Assembly: GCA_018969615.1 (NCBI GenBank)
Contig: JAGWYA010000001.1
Location: forward strand, 169,141 to 233,140
Direction of reading: 5' to 3'
Origin: Patescibacteria group bacterium
GTDB taxonomy: Bacteria > Patescibacteriota > Minisyncoccia > UBA6257 > 02-FULL-45-10c
DNA length: 64,000 nt
The notes beneath the pieces were generated by a model. That model searched no databases. It was given only the letters and a program-made list of their open reading frames with translations, and was not told the DNA's origin. Positions 19,325-29,947 of this stretch are shown piece by piece. Within the stretch, counting starts at the first letter, position 1. Each line of letters begins with the position of its first letter. The translations under genes were made by a program, and so were the position numbers.

Positions 19325-20859
19325 TGCGTTTTAAGCCCGATATTGAGCACTTGCTCGCCTTCGGTCACGCCCGAGAGTATCTCCACATTACCGTTCTCAT
19401 CCTGAATGCCGGTCGTCACCGGAACCTGAACCACCGTGTTGTTCTGCATTTTTTCCACGAACGTTCCCTGGTCGTTCTGCAGAAGCGCGTACTGAGGCAA
19501 GATCAGTACGTTATCCTTATGCTGCGTTTCGATCGTGATATTGGCGGTCAGGCCGCTCTTGATCCGGGGATCCTGTTTCGTGAATGCGATCTTGATCTGA
19601 TACGTGATAACGCCCTGATTATTGGTCTGTGCCGGCGCGATATAAAAGACCTTTCCGGCGAAGGTTTCATTCGGGAACGCATCAAGCGTCATCGTCGCGG
19701 TATTGCCGATCGTCAGTTTCCCGATATCCGTTTCCGATACTCCGGCGTCAACCTCAAGGCCTTGCGTCCCCAAGATCGAAACAAGCGGGGTTCCGGAAAC
19801 GGCAAGTTGGCCGACTTTCGCATCCTGCTGGGTGAGAACGCCGCTGATCGGCGCGACGATCTCCGCGTTCTGCAGCTTCGCCTGCGCGCTCGCAACCCCG
19901 GCGACCGCCTGATCAACCTGCGCCTGCTGCGCTGCGATATCCTGAGCCGTTGACCCTGCCTGCTTCAGCGCAAGCTGAGCCTGGGTTTGCGCAACCAGCG
20001 CTTCCTGCGATGCAATGTTCTGTGAGATCGTGTTCAGTGCACTGACCGCCGCGTTTACCTCGGTAAGACCCGTCGTGACCGCGGCTTTATCGGTCGCCAG
20101 CTGTGCCGAGGATAGATTAATACTCCCCGCAAGGACCGTTGACATCGTATTTAAAAGATTTTGGGCAACCCCCAAATGAACAAGGTCGTTCTGCAGGATC
20201 GCTTTCAGCGTCGTGGTCGCAAGTGAGGTATTCGTCGTAGTGAGCTCGCTTTGCCATATATTAAGCTCCGACGCAGCCTGCGAGCGAAGATCGGTGACGG
20301 TGGTCGCGGCCTGAGGATTGCTCGTTTGGAAATTCAGCTGCGGCTGGCTTGTTTCCGCGTTCGAGAAAAAGGTATCGAGCTGCGTCCGCACCGCATCATT
20401 CGCCTTCGCAAATCCGCTCGCCGACGTATCGCTGATGCTCGCATAATAATTGGCGAGGTCTTGTTTCGCTTTTTGCAATGCCGCTTCGGACGCCGCAATG
20501 TCCGCAGGCTGCGCACCCGCTTTCAACCCCGCAAGCTTTGCCTGCTGCACTGCAACATCCGCTTGCGCCTGCTGAAGCGAAGCTGAAAGGTCCGCAAGGT
20601 TCAATTGCGCGATCACCTTACCCGCGGTCACCGTATCGCCTAAATTTGCATTGACCGCCGCGATCGTCCCCGTGTTCTGAAACCCGAGCGACACGCTTTG
20701 GGTCGGCGTCGTATTGCCGGTCACAGTTACCGTCTCAGAGATCGATCCGCGCTTAACCGTGATCAGCTGCACCGCGGCAGGATGGCTTTGCCGATACCAT
20801 ACCACGCCTCCGATGCCTACGACTGAGATACCAAGAACAATAAGAATGATTTTTTTCAT
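19321..20859 (-). CDS. MacA/HlyD-like adaptor with long coiled coil
   Basis: N-terminal anchor, lipoyl halves, APISG, KSGLTANITI. Confidence 0.88.
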   Translation of the reverse strand: MKKIILIVLGISVVGIGGVVWYRQSHPAAVQLITVKRGSISETVTVTGNTTPTQSVSLGFQNTGTIAAVNANLGDTVTAGKVIAQLNLADLSASLQQAQADVAVQQAKLAGLKAGAQPADIAASEAALQKAKQDLANYYASISDTSASGFAKANDAVRTQLDTFFSNAETSQPQLNFQTSNPQAATTVTDLRSQAASELNIWQSELTTTNTSLATTTLKAILQNDLVHLGVAQNLLNTMSTVLAGSINLSSAQLATDKAAVTTGLTEVNAAVSALNTISQNIASQEALVAQTQAQLALKQAGSTAQDIAAQQAQVDQAVAGVASAQAKLQNAEIVAPISGVLTQQDAKVGQLAVSGTPLVSILGTQGLEVDAGVSETDIGKLTIGNTATMTLDAFPNETFAGKVFYIAPAQTNNQGVITYQIKIAFTKQDPRIKSGLTANITIETQHKDNVLILPQYALLQNDQGTFVEKMQNNTVVQVPVTTGIQDENGNVEILSGVTEGEQVLNIGLKTQ

Positions 20860-20938
20860 AAAATGGGGGTATCAGCTTCAATGCGCCGCACGCGTACCCC
20901 TTCAGGATACCAAATTCCAAAATAATATGCAGCAGACG

Positions 20939-22792
20939 CTAATCGCGTCGCCTGAATAATCTGCTTGAGTTGATCAGGGGGAGAAAATCGGTCGCAAAAT
21001 TATAGAATGCGGCGAGCGCGGGGCCTGCGATCCCCGTAAAGACCAGTGCAAAACCCGCAAGGTTCGATACGAACCAAATGATCATATCGCCGTAGATCAC
21101 CGAAGACGTCCGGCGGCCGAGATCGATCATCTCCGGCAAGCGCTCAAGCTGATCGGTCAGGATCACGATATCCGCAGCCTCCACGGCAACCGCCGTGCCG
21201 CCCTTCCCCATCGCAACGCCGACCGTGGCCCGTGCAAGGGACGGCGCGTCATTGATCCCGTCGCCGACCATAACAACCACGCCGTCTTTTTCCAGTTCCT
21301 CAAGACCGTGCAATTTTTCTTCCGGCTTCATGCCGGCGTGGTATTCATCGAGTCCCAACGCTTCCGTAACCCGCCGGGCAACCGCCTCGTTATCTCCTGT
21401 GAACATGACGATCCGGGCAACGCCGATCTTCTTGAGTTGCCGGAGCGTCGCCGCAGCTTCATGCCTTGGAACATCCGCAACGGCGATCGCACCGATGCAG
21501 ACACCGTTCACGCCAATCAATGAAACCGTTTGGCCATACTCGGTAACCATCTGCCGGATCTTCTCCCGCAGATCCGCCGGCAACGCAATATGTTCATTCT
21601 GCAAAAAAAGCTCATTGCCGGCCACGATCGCATCGGCACCGGCGATCGCCTTGGTTCCCTGTCCTTTAACCGTTTCAAATGTATCGGGATCGGCGATCTG
21701 GGGAACTTTCTCAAGTGCGCCGCGGAAGATCGCGCGGCCGATCGGATGCTCTGAGAACTTCTCAGCTATGCCCACCATGCGCCAAAACTGTTCCTCGGTG
21801 ACTGCCGGATCGATCACAACATCCCTGATCTTAAAGTTCCCATAGGTCAGCGTTCCGGTCTTGTCGAGAACCAGCGTCTTTGTCTTTCCCAGTTGATCAA
21901 GCCACGCACCGCCTTTCACGATCACGCCGCGTTTTGCCGCATAGCCCATTGATGCCGTGATCGCCAGAGGGATCGCGACTGCCATATCATCCGCGCACGC
22001 GACCAAAAACACCGCTGCGGTCATCGACAAGGAACGGCTGATCAGATACGTCCCGGCGCCGATCACTCCCACGATCGGCAGGAAGATCGCCGCAAATCGG
22101 TCGGCGAGTTTTTCGACATGCGATTTGTTCTTGGACGCCTCGCGGATCAGTTCCGCCATCTGTTCGATCGTCGAATCCTTACCGACGCGCGTCGCGCGCA
22201 CCTTGATCACGCCGGAATCATTGAGCGTAGCGCTGAACACATGATCCCCCGGTATTTTCTGGACCGGAACCGATTCACCGGTAACCGGCGCTTCGTTCAC
22301 CGACGCTGATCCGAAGATCACCACGCCGTCGATCGGAATGCGCGCGCCCGCCTTCACCACTACGATATCCCCTTTCTTGATCTCACTGCTGGGAACCTCT
22401 GTTACAGCCCCGCCCTGCTCGCGCAACGCGGAAAGCGGTTTCAATTTCAATAATTGTTTCACCGCATCATAAGTCCGTGATTCGGAATACCACTCAAGCC
22501 AATTCGCCGAGGTGATCATCAAGATAATGAACATCGCCGAGGTTATCTCAACGCTGGCAAATGACGCGATCAAAGCGACAAAATTGAACGTATCAATGCT
22601 GATCCGGCGCTCAGAGGTCGCCTTCACAGCCTGCCAGGCTGTCGGAAGCGCGCCGATCCCCGCAACAATGATCAGCGGGAGATGGTTCGCCGGATACAAA
22701 AGATCCTCCCCGAACGCGAGCAGCAGCGCACCGATGATGGCGACCTCCCGGTACGGCGATTCGAAAATACGGAAAAAAGTTTTTTTATTCAT
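20939..22792 (-). CDS. P1B-type heavy-metal ATPase, atypical
   Basis: TGES, DKTGTLT, SEHP, TGDN, GDGINDAP; CADD where CPC is usual. Confidence 0.92.
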   Translation of the reverse strand: MNKKTFFRIFESPYREVAIIGALLLAFGEDLLYPANHLPLIIVAGIGALPTAWQAVKATSERRISIDTFNFVALIASFASVEITSAMFIILMITSANWLEWYSESRTYDAVKQLLKLKPLSALREQGGAVTEVPSSEIKKGDIVVVKAGARIPIDGVVIFGSASVNEAPVTGESVPVQKIPGDHVFSATLNDSGVIKVRATRVGKDSTIEQMAELIREASKNKSHVEKLADRFAAIFLPIVGVIGAGTYLISRSLSMTAAVFLVACADDMAVAIPLAITASMGYAAKRGVIVKGGAWLDQLGKTKTLVLDKTGTLTYGNFKIRDVVIDPAVTEEQFWRMVGIAEKFSEHPIGRAIFRGALEKVPQIADPDTFETVKGQGTKAIAGADAIVAGNELFLQNEHIALPADLREKIRQMVTEYGQTVSLIGVNGVCIGAIAVADVPRHEAAATLRQLKKIGVARIVMFTGDNEAVARRVTEALGLDEYHAGMKPEEKLHGLEELEKDGVVVMVGDGINDAPSLARATVGVAMGKGGTAVAVEAADIVILTDQLERLPEMIDLGRRTSSVIYGDMIIWFVSNLAGFALVFTGIAGPALAAFYNFATDFLPLINSSRLFRRRD

Positions 22793-23990
22793 AGCGCAAT
22801 GCTTCTGCGGGCTCCATTTTCGCCGCCTGACGGGCGGGCAAGATCCCGGACAGAACGCCGGTAACGAACGTTATCAGCAAAATGATCCCTAATTCGCTGT
22901 AATCGATCGTTGAAAAACTGAACAAGCCGTTCACTCCCAGCGATCCTGCAGCCGCCCCGATCCCCGCCGCGATCGCTAATCCTAGTAAGATCCCGAGAAT
23001 GCCTCCGACGAGCCCGATAAAACCGGATTCCACTAAGAACAACGAAAGAATGGCATCGCTCGTCGCGCCGACCGCTTTCATGATCCCGATCTGCCGCGTC
23101 CGCTCCACGACGGACGTATACATCGTATTCATGATCCCGACGGCTCCGACGAGCAGCGAGACCAATGAGATGATCAAAAGCGCAAGCTCAATGATGCCTA
23201 AGATGGTTCCGACGATCTGAGCGGTCTTCTCGGGAGTTAGGATCGTAAAATCTTTCACTTCTTTCTGCTTTTCAAGCTGGTACCTCACCTGAAGCGCCAC
23301 CAGATCGATATTCGCGCCGGGATCCACCTGAACGATCGCCGACACCGCCCCCGGCGCCACGCCGGAGATCGCATGGAACAGGTCCCAGGACATATAAAAA
23401 GAGTTGTCATCGGTCTGATTTCCAGACCGTGCCAGGATCCCCGCCACCCGCAGGCGCTTGGACTGAATGATGATCTCGTCGCCGATCCGGATGTTATTTT
23501 TGAACAAACTCGTTCCCGCAAGATACCCCAAAATGATATCGTTCGACTGCGGATCGGAAGGCCACGCCCCCTGATACATCTGCAGTCCTTCTGATTTCTC
23601 AAAGATCGCCTGCAGATAATCCAGACGCGATGCGTGCACAAAGACCGCTTTCTTCTCTCCCTCAAATTCCGCGTTCACCGTGCCAATATCCACCGGCATC
23701 GCCATCGCTACGCCGGGGACCCGCTCGAGATCGATAATATCGTTATAGTTGAATTTCTGACCGCCCATGAGACCGGTCAGGATCGCCGTTTCTTTCCCCG
23801 GAACGATGATCAGAAGGTCGTTCCCCAGCATTTGCAGCTGGCCGTTGATCGCCGCGCTCACGCCGTTGCTCAGCGAGATGATCACCACGACCAGCATGAT
23901 GCCGATCACGATCCCCACGATGGTCAGCCAGCTTCGGAGCTGGCGATACCGGATGCTTTTCAGTGTGAGCAAGAAATAATCCTTGAGCAT
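22785..23990 (-). CDS. MacB/FtsX-family ABC permease
   Basis: RSWLTIVGIVIGI, GIMNTMYTSVVERT, PAEALRYE; start set at MLKDYF. Confidence 0.93.
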   Translation of the reverse strand: MLKDYFLLTLKSIRYRQLRSWLTIVGIVIGIMLVVVIISLSNGVSAAINGQLQMLGNDLLIIVPGKETAILTGLMGGQKFNYNDIIDLERVPGVAMAMPVDIGTVNAEFEGEKKAVFVHASRLDYLQAIFEKSEGLQMYQGAWPSDPQSNDIILGYLAGTSLFKNNIRIGDEIIIQSKRLRVAGILARSGNQTDDNSFYMSWDLFHAISGVAPGAVSAIVQVDPGANIDLVALQVRYQLEKQKEVKDFTILTPEKTAQIVGTILGIIELALLIISLVSLLVGAVGIMNTMYTSVVERTRQIGIMKAVGATSDAILSLFLVESGFIGLVGGILGILLGLAIAAGIGAAAGSLGVNGLFSFSTIDYSELGIILLITFVTGVLSGILPARQAAKMEPAEALRYE

Positions 23991-23994
23991 AGGT

Positions 23995-24882
23995 TTATTG
24001 CGTATAGATCTTCGCATGCGTCCGATGTCCCGGGATCGTCTTGCCGTCGCGGATCGTAATGATCTGATCGGCCCGTTCCGCAATATGCGGATCATGCGTG
24101 ACGATGATAAGGGTCTTCTTCTCTTTTTTATTGAGGTCGATAAGCATCTCCAGGATGCGATTACCGGTCACCGAATCAAGGTTTCCCGTCGGCTCATCAC
24201 CGATAATGATCTCGGGGTCGTTCGCCAAAGCACGGAGGAGGGCAACGCGCTGCTGTTCTCCGCCCGACAGCTCGTACGGCCGATGGTCCATGCGGTCCCC
24301 GAGGCCGATCTCGCGGAATCGATCCCGCATCTGAGCGCGCAATCCGCCGTCGCCGTTCCGCGCAAAAATAAGCGGAAGCAGGGCGTTATCATATGCATCA
24401 AGCCAGGGAACCAAATTATACTGCTGGAATACAAACCCGAACTTCTTCGAGCGAAGTTCAGCCCGGTCATCATCTGAGATCTTCGTGATCGGCGTCCCTT
24501 CCAAAAAAAGACCGCCCGAGGTCGGCGTATCAAGAAGGCCGATCATATTCAAAAGCGTGCTCTTCCCTGACCCGCTCGCACCGATGATCGCCGTAAAATC
24601 TCCCTCCCAAATATGGACGTTGATCCCGCGAAGAACCTCGGTCTTTGCCTCGCCTTCGCCGAAAACCTTCCACACGTCGTGCAGATGGATCAGCGGCTCT
24701 CCCTGAAAACGCTTCGGGTCGGTACGAAACCGCGCGGCGCACAGGTCGCTGCAAAAGGAAAAGGTCTTCCCGTCAGCATGCACCTCTCCTACCGGTTTCA
24801 TACCCGCAAGGTCCATCCCGCAGACGGGATCCCTGCGGTCACTGCCGTTCCCGGCTGAATGTGATGCTGAGGATGAGTGCAT
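23995..24882 (-). CDS. YHS/TRASH domain fused to ABC ATPase
   Basis: DPVCGM...FCSDLCAARFRTDPKRF, then [24 protein letters not shown]. Confidence 0.9.
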   Translation of the reverse strand: MHSSSASHSAGNGSDRRDPVCGMDLAGMKPVGEVHADGKTFSFCSDLCAARFRTDPKRFQGEPLIHLHDVWKVFGEGEAKTEVLRGINVHIWEGDFTAIIGASGSGKSTLLNMIGLLDTPTSGGLFLEGTPITKISDDDRAELRSKKFGFVFQQYNLVPWLDAYDNALLPLIFARNGDGGLRAQMRDRFREIGLGDRMDHRPYELSGGEQQRVALLRALANDPEIIIGDEPTGNLDSVTGNRILEMLIDLNKKEKKTLIIVTHDPHIAERADQIITIRDGKTIPGHRTHAKIYTQ

Positions 24883-24887
24883 AAGAA

Positions 24888-26459
24888 TTATTCTGCGGAA
24901 ACCGCCGCAAGGCGCCCCTCCTGAGCGCCGCTCACGATCTCAACAGAGTCACCGTCCGTAATGCCGGTTTCGACCGGCGTCCGTTCAAGCTGCGATTCAG
25001 AGGTCACGCTCTGCATGCCCTCAGGCACCAGCTTTACATACGATGTCGCGCCGTCCTTATAAACCGCCAACTCGGAGACCTTAAGAACACCGGTCTTTTT
25101 AGTAGAAAGGATCGTTACATCGGCGCTCATGCCCGACCGCACTTCTTTTCCCTGCGGATCGAACGCAATATTGACCCGGTAGTATTTATCCTCGGTCTTT
25201 ACGATCTCTTGCGGATCAATGGACGTCACCGTGCCCGTGAACGACATGCCCGGGAACGCATCCAATGCGATGCGCACGCTGTCGGTAACCCCTTCGCTTG
25301 CTTCCACCTGCGCGATCTCCAGCTCGGATACGTCCGCCTGTATCTTGTAATCATTCGTCACCAGTGACACCGCAGGTTGCGTCGGGTGGAATATCTCTCC
25401 GACGCTGACTGAAAGCGCGGAAACCTTCCCGGCCGCCGGAGCGCGAAGCGTCGAGCGGTCGATGTTATCCTGTATCGCGGCAAGCTGGCTTTCCGCCTCC
25501 TGCACCGCGGATTCAGCGATCGTCACATCCTCTGTCCGCGCAGCCGCTTGCTTCAAGGCAAGTTGATTCCCGTACAGCGTGACGTTCGCCTGCGCAAGCG
25601 TATACTTTTCTTCCGCGGACGCCAGCGCGGTGATCGCGCCATCCACATTCGTACGAGCGGTGGATACCGCAAGCCGATAACCGTCGATCGTCGCTTGCGA
25701 GAACAGGACCGAAGCGGAAACATCATTGGTCGCCGAAGCGAGCTGATTCAAATAGCTCGCTACGCTTGTAAGATCATTCTTTGCGGCGCTCTCATATGAC
25801 GACAGATCGGCGGCGGCCGCAAGTGTAGGAAGCGACGTACCCCATACGTTCAAAAGCGGCTCCATCGAAAGACGGGAAGAATTGATGCTGTATTTCAATG
25901 CCTGATCCACCGGCAAGACAAGGTCCGGCGTCATGCTTCGCGGATTACTGAAAAGCTGATCCGTTTTTGCATGGACCGCATCATCCGATTGGGTATACGC
26001 CGCTTTGATCGCATCGATAAGCCCTTTCTGAGCTTCCGCTGCCGCGATCTGCGCGCTGGAAAGCTGCGCCGCGGCGACACTGATCTCTTCGGGCGTCGCT
26101 CCTGCAAGCAACTTGGCAAGGTCTGCTTTGCGCTGAGCAACGACAGCGGTAAGCCCCGCCGCCTGGATCGAAAGATCTTTTGTATCAAGGCTCATGAGCT
26201 GCTGACCCGCCTGCACCAGGTCCCCCTCATGGACAAAGACCTTCGCAACGGTCCCGGAAAAAGGAAATTCGAGCGAAAAATCGTTCTGTGCGACCGCCTC
26301 ACCCCGCACCTTCACGGATTCCTGCAGGTCCCCGCGTTCGACGGGAAAATACAAAAATGCGGTCGGCGACGGCTTCAGATACTTTTGGTACACCCAAAAT
26401 GAGATCACCGCAACGGCAGCGATGATAAGAGCTGCAATATAATAAGAGACCTTTTTCAT
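24888..26459 (-). CDS. MacA/HlyD-like adaptor with long coiled coil
   Basis: Same architecture as 19321..20859; RSGMSADV; start set at MKKVSYY. Confidence 0.88.
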   Translation of the reverse strand: MKKVSYYIAALIIAAVAVISFWVYQKYLKPSPTAFLYFPVERGDLQESVKVRGEAVAQNDFSLEFPFSGTVAKVFVHEGDLVQAGQQLMSLDTKDLSIQAAGLTAVVAQRKADLAKLLAGATPEEISVAAAQLSSAQIAAAEAQKGLIDAIKAAYTQSDDAVHAKTDQLFSNPRSMTPDLVLPVDQALKYSINSSRLSMEPLLNVWGTSLPTLAAAADLSSYESAAKNDLTSVASYLNQLASATNDVSASVLFSQATIDGYRLAVSTARTNVDGAITALASAEEKYTLAQANVTLYGNQLALKQAAARTEDVTIAESAVQEAESQLAAIQDNIDRSTLRAPAAGKVSALSVSVGEIFHPTQPAVSLVTNDYKIQADVSELEIAQVEASEGVTDSVRIALDAFPGMSFTGTVTSIDPQEIVKTEDKYYRVNIAFDPQGKEVRSGMSADVTILSTKKTGVLKVSELAVYKDGATSYVKLVPEGMQSVTSESQLERTPVETGITDGDSVEIVSGAQEGRLAAVSAE

Positions 26460-26576
26460 AGCGCCGATTTCTCTCTCAGTATACCATACGCATCGGCACC
26501 TGACGGATCCGCTCAAACAACAAAAAACCCCCGATAAGAAAGGGGTCTTTTGGCGATCAACCGCTAATCGAAACGA

Positions 26577-26879
26577 TTAGTAGTTATCGCGTCCGCGTCC
26601 AAAACCGCTGTCCCGGCGCGGTGCGCGCGGTTCAAGCGGGCGGGCTTCGTTGACCGTCAATGAACGGCCTCCGAGCATCTGGCCATTGAACATGTCAATC
26701 GCCTTGTCAGCATCCGCATCGGACTCGAACTCTACGAAACCGAATCCTTTGGACCGGCCCGTCATCTTATCCATGATAACGATCGCTGAACTTACCGCAC
26801 CGGCCTTGGAAAACTCGTCGCGCAACTCATCCTGAGTCGTCGCGTACGGCAATCCGCCGACGTATAATTTCTTTGCCAC
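26577..26879 (-). CDS. RRM RNA-binding protein
   Basis: RNP2 LYVGGL, RNP1 KGFGFVEF, LTVNEARP. Confidence 0.96.
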   Translation of the reverse strand: MAKKLYVGGLPYATTQDELRDEFSKAGAVSSAIVIMDKMTGRSKGFGFVEFESDADADKAIDMFNGQMLGGRSLTVNEARPLEPRAPRRDSGFGRGRDNY

Positions 26880-27095
26880 AGTGTGTGTGATTTACTTTTC
26901 TTAAGTAGGGGCGACCTGCGTTCTACAACTTAAGGAAAGACAAAGTTACTTATCGAAAACTTGTGTAACCTTAACTTAAGGGAGACCTACATGTAACCTA
27001 CGAATAATACTATACTACAATTCTGTAAAAAAAGCAATACCCCCCTCTTTTAAAGCAAACCCCCCTGATCATGAGGGGGTTTTCGGTTCGCGAGC

Positions 27096-27566
27096 CTACG
27101 GGATCACTTCATAAAAATCCTCTTTGTAGCCGGCGGCCCCGCCGAGCGGCACATCAAGATTCAACCAGCGCGCCCAGTCGATCTTCACCTCCATAACAAC
27201 GAAGTCCAGCCCGGCGATCTTCAAAAGCGGCCACCACTGCTCACGGAACGCCATATCCTTTGAGAATTGAAGCAGCATGGCAAGCCGGTTCCCGTCGGCC
27301 TCATGCGCCTCGCCCTCCATCTGGATCGTCGACGGATGGTCGGGATCGAAACCGACGACAACCGCAACCTTCGGGTTCCTCATCATGTTCGCATATTTCC
27401 GGGATGACTTCCGGGTGACAAAAAATAGATTGAAATCGTCATCCATCAGGAACGTAACGGTCGCCGCCTGCGGCAATCCCGCTTCTGAAACTGAAGAAAT
27501 GACCGCCGCGCGGTGTTCGCGAAGGAACTGGAGCGCTTTCGCTTTCAATGCTTTTTTATCATCCAT
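27096..27566 (-). CDS. Pyridoxamine 5'-phosphate oxidase-like FMN-binding protein
   Basis: FVTRKSSRKYANMMRNPKVAV. Confidence 0.8.
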   Translation of the reverse strand: MDDKKALKAKALQFLREHRAAVISSVSEAGLPQAATVTFLMDDDFNLFFVTRKSSRKYANMMRNPKVAVVVGFDPDHPSTIQMEGEAHEADGNRLAMLLQFSKDMAFREQWWPLLKIAGLDFVVMEVKIDWARWLNLDVPLGGAAGYKEDFYEVIP

Positions 27567-27587
27567 ATGCCCTTAGTATACCATATT

Positions 27588-28127
27588 TTATTTCCGGAGC
27601 AGTTCGGGATGCGCTTCGCGGAGATGCTCGACCTTCGGGCGAATCACCAATGCGGAATACGACCGGTCGGCATGCCGCTCATAATACCTCTTATGATATT
27701 CCTCGGCGGGATAGAATGCCGTTAAAGGAGCTGTTTCAGTAACGATCGGCCCGGGATATCGGCTTTCTTTTTCAAGCATCATGATCCGCTGTACGACCGC
27801 GGCATGCTGCGCTTCCGTCGCATAGAAAACGACCGAACGGTACTGCGTTCCGATGTCATTTCCCTGCCGGTTCCGCGTCGTCGGGTCGTGGCTCATAAAA
27901 AAAACATCAAGAAGCTGGCCGAATGAAATGAGTCCCGGATCATATTCCACGAGGATCACCTCGGCATGGCCTGTGGTTCCGGTCGACACCTGCTCATAGG
28001 TCGGATCCGGCAGGTCGCCGCCGGCATATCCCGGCGTTACCGCGGTAACGCCTTTCAATTCCAAAAATACAGCTTCAGTGCACCAAAAACATCCGCCGCC
28101 GAATCCTACCTGTTCTGTTCGTGCCAT
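27588..28127 (-). CDS. msrA: Peptide-methionine (S)-S-oxide reductase
   Basis: GGGCFWC, GHAEV, HDPT...[17 protein letters not shown]. Confidence 0.96.
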   Translation of the reverse strand: MARTEQVGFGGGCFWCTEAVFLELKGVTAVTPGYAGGDLPDPTYEQVSTGTTGHAEVILVEYDPGLISFGQLLDVFFMSHDPTTRNRQGNDIGTQYRSVVFYATEAQHAAVVQRIMMLEKESRYPGPIVTETAPLTAFYPAEEYHKRYYERHADRSYSALVIRPKVEHLREAHPELLRK

Positions 28128-28525
28128 TGATGAGTATCCGGGATGAATTGTAATGCGACCGAGTTCATGCAATATCGCTTTCCGGTCGGGGGAGGTCCGT
28201 CATCGAACACATGTCCCAAATGCGAGCCGCACCGCGCACAGCGAATTTCCGTCCGATGCATATCAAACGAATCATCCGGCACTTCTTCCAATCGGTCCGG
28301 CGCGAGCGGCGCATAATAACTCGGCCATCCCGTTCCTGATTCGAACTTTGTGTCTGCGCGAAACAATGCAAGTCCGCACGCAGCGCAGACATAGTGCCCG
28401 CCCGTCTTCGGCTCATCCGTTCCGCATGTGAACGGCGCTTCAGTCCCCCGTTCCCGGAGAACACGATACTGCTCAGGCGTAAGCAATGCCCTCCATTCAG
28501 CCTCACTTTTCTGGATCTTCTCCAT
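28106..28525 (-). CDS. msrB: Peptide-methionine (R)-S-oxide reductase
   Basis: [28 protein letters not shown]. Confidence 0.97.
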   Translation of the reverse strand: MEKIQKSEAEWRALLTPEQYRVLRERGTEAPFTCGTDEPKTGGHYVCAACGLALFRADTKFESGTGWPSYYAPLAPDRLEEVPDDSFDMHRTEIRCARCGSHLGHVFDDGPPPTGKRYCMNSVALQFIPDTHQWHEQNR

Positions 28526-28549
28526 AACCTCAGTATATCCTATTTTCTC

Positions 28550-29314
28550 CTACTGGCTCTGCGGCGGAAGATACCACCCCCGCATCCTCGTTGGGGACCG
28601 TTGCGCGGAATCGGGAATGCTGCTGACACCGAATGCCGCGATCGTACTCGTCGCGGTCAGCGGACCAAGAACAATAACCCGGTCATTCTGGGCGAAATCA
28701 ACCCCTGAAGGGAAAACCGTCTTCGGACCGACAACCACTGAAAAAATATTTCCTTGGCGGTCGCTCAATGTAAACCCATCCGATGTCACCGCCATGATCG
28801 TACCGATGTGCACCGTATGGGAATGCTGAGGACCGAAAGAGCGGTACAACCCGCCGAAGACCGGTAGCCGCGATCGCGCCGCCAAAGAATTGAACGTATC
28901 ATGCAGCGGCGTCAGCCCGACGACAAATGCGCCGACGATCGCGAGCGCAAGGACCGCTCCAAGCGAATACAACAAAGGGCGGCGATACACGAACCGGAAC
29001 CGAAGCGCCATAAGCTCAAGGCACGCAACGAACGCGATGACCGCCACGATGACCAGCCACGGAACCGCCGAGACCAGCGCCCACAAGCCGCGCGCGCCGA
29101 ACGCCGGAAGGAACCATGCTCCGGTCCGGTCAAGCGTAAAGAAAACGAAGCTCGCAAAAAAGATCAATGCCAGAAATGCGGCAAGCGAACCGACAAGAAG
29201 AAGCCCTGAGAGCAGCATAAAATGCCACCGGGGGCGGATCGCGGCGTTTCCTGACCGTATTTTCTCCATGACCGCTTCGCGGATGGGATGCGGGGAAGAT
29301 GGTTGTTCGCTCAT
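28550..29314 (-). CDS. Membrane protein, candidate anti-sigma factor
   Basis: Three TM helices plus C-terminal OB-like segment; ATGA overlap with the ECF sigma gene. Confidence 0.6.
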   Translation of the reverse strand: MSEQPSSPHPIREAVMEKIRSGNAAIRPRWHFMLLSGLLLVGSLAAFLALIFFASFVFFTLDRTGAWFLPAFGARGLWALVSAVPWLVIVAVIAFVACLELMALRFRFVYRRPLLYSLGAVLALAIVGAFVVGLTPLHDTFNSLAARSRLPVFGGLYRSFGPQHSHTVHIGTIMAVTSDGFTLSDRQGNIFSVVVGPKTVFPSGVDFAQNDRVIVLGPLTATSTIAAFGVSSIPDSAQRSPTRMRGWYLPPQSQ

Positions 29315-29883
29315 ACTGCTGATCGCATATCTTCAATGATCTTTTTGAGGATCTTTCGTCCCCGATTGAGGCGTATCCCGACGGTGGATACGGGAATGTG
29401 CATAATATCCGATATCTCCTGATAGCTCATCTCTTCCAGATAGGCAAGGATGAGCGGTTCGCGGTATTTAGGATCAACCGCGCTCAAACTTTTATTCAAA
29501 AACGTCCGCATATCCTTTTCGTTCGCCTCCTGATCGGCGGTCTCGTTCGCAAAGAGGTACGGCATGATCTCGTCGAGATCGAAGGTAAACGAAGGCAATC
29601 GCTTCACTTTATAGATCCGGTTAATGAACTCATTATGGGCGATCCGGTAGATCCAGGGTGAGAAACGCATCTGAACATTGAAGCTCCGGATGTTTGCGTA
29701 CGCCTTAATGAAAATATCCTGGACCAGGTCCTCGATATCATGCGTGTTTGGAATGAACTTTCTGCCGTAGCGGAGAAGCTTCGCCTGATACCGGTCCACA
29801 AGGATACCAAACGCCTCGGTGTCGCCTTGCTGGACCCGCGCAGCGACGGTCTCGTCTGATTCTTTATGTGAAGACTGGCCCAT
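29311..29883 (-). CDS. ECF sigma-70 factor
   Basis: EDLVQDIFIKAY, FSPWIYRIAHN, MSYQEIS...TVGIRLNRGR. Confidence 0.93.
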   Translation of the reverse strand: MGQSSHKESDETVAARVQQGDTEAFGILVDRYQAKLLRYGRKFIPNTHDIEDLVQDIFIKAYANIRSFNVQMRFSPWIYRIAHNEFINRIYKVKRLPSFTFDLDEIMPYLFANETADQEANEKDMRTFLNKSLSAVDPKYREPLILAYLEEMSYQEISDIMHIPVSTVGIRLNRGRKILKKIIEDMRSAV

Positions 29884-29905
29884 GGAAATAGAGGTATCCC
29901 GCCCA

Positions 29906-29935
29906 TTACTACAACGGCGGCGGAGAAATATTACA
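29906..29935 (-). promoter_or_regulatory. Candidate ECF promoter (autoregulatory)
   Basis: TGTAATAT-N13-TTGTAGTAA, mirrored by the divergent copy. Confidence 0.55.
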
Positions 29936-29947
29936 CCGCCGCGCTCA

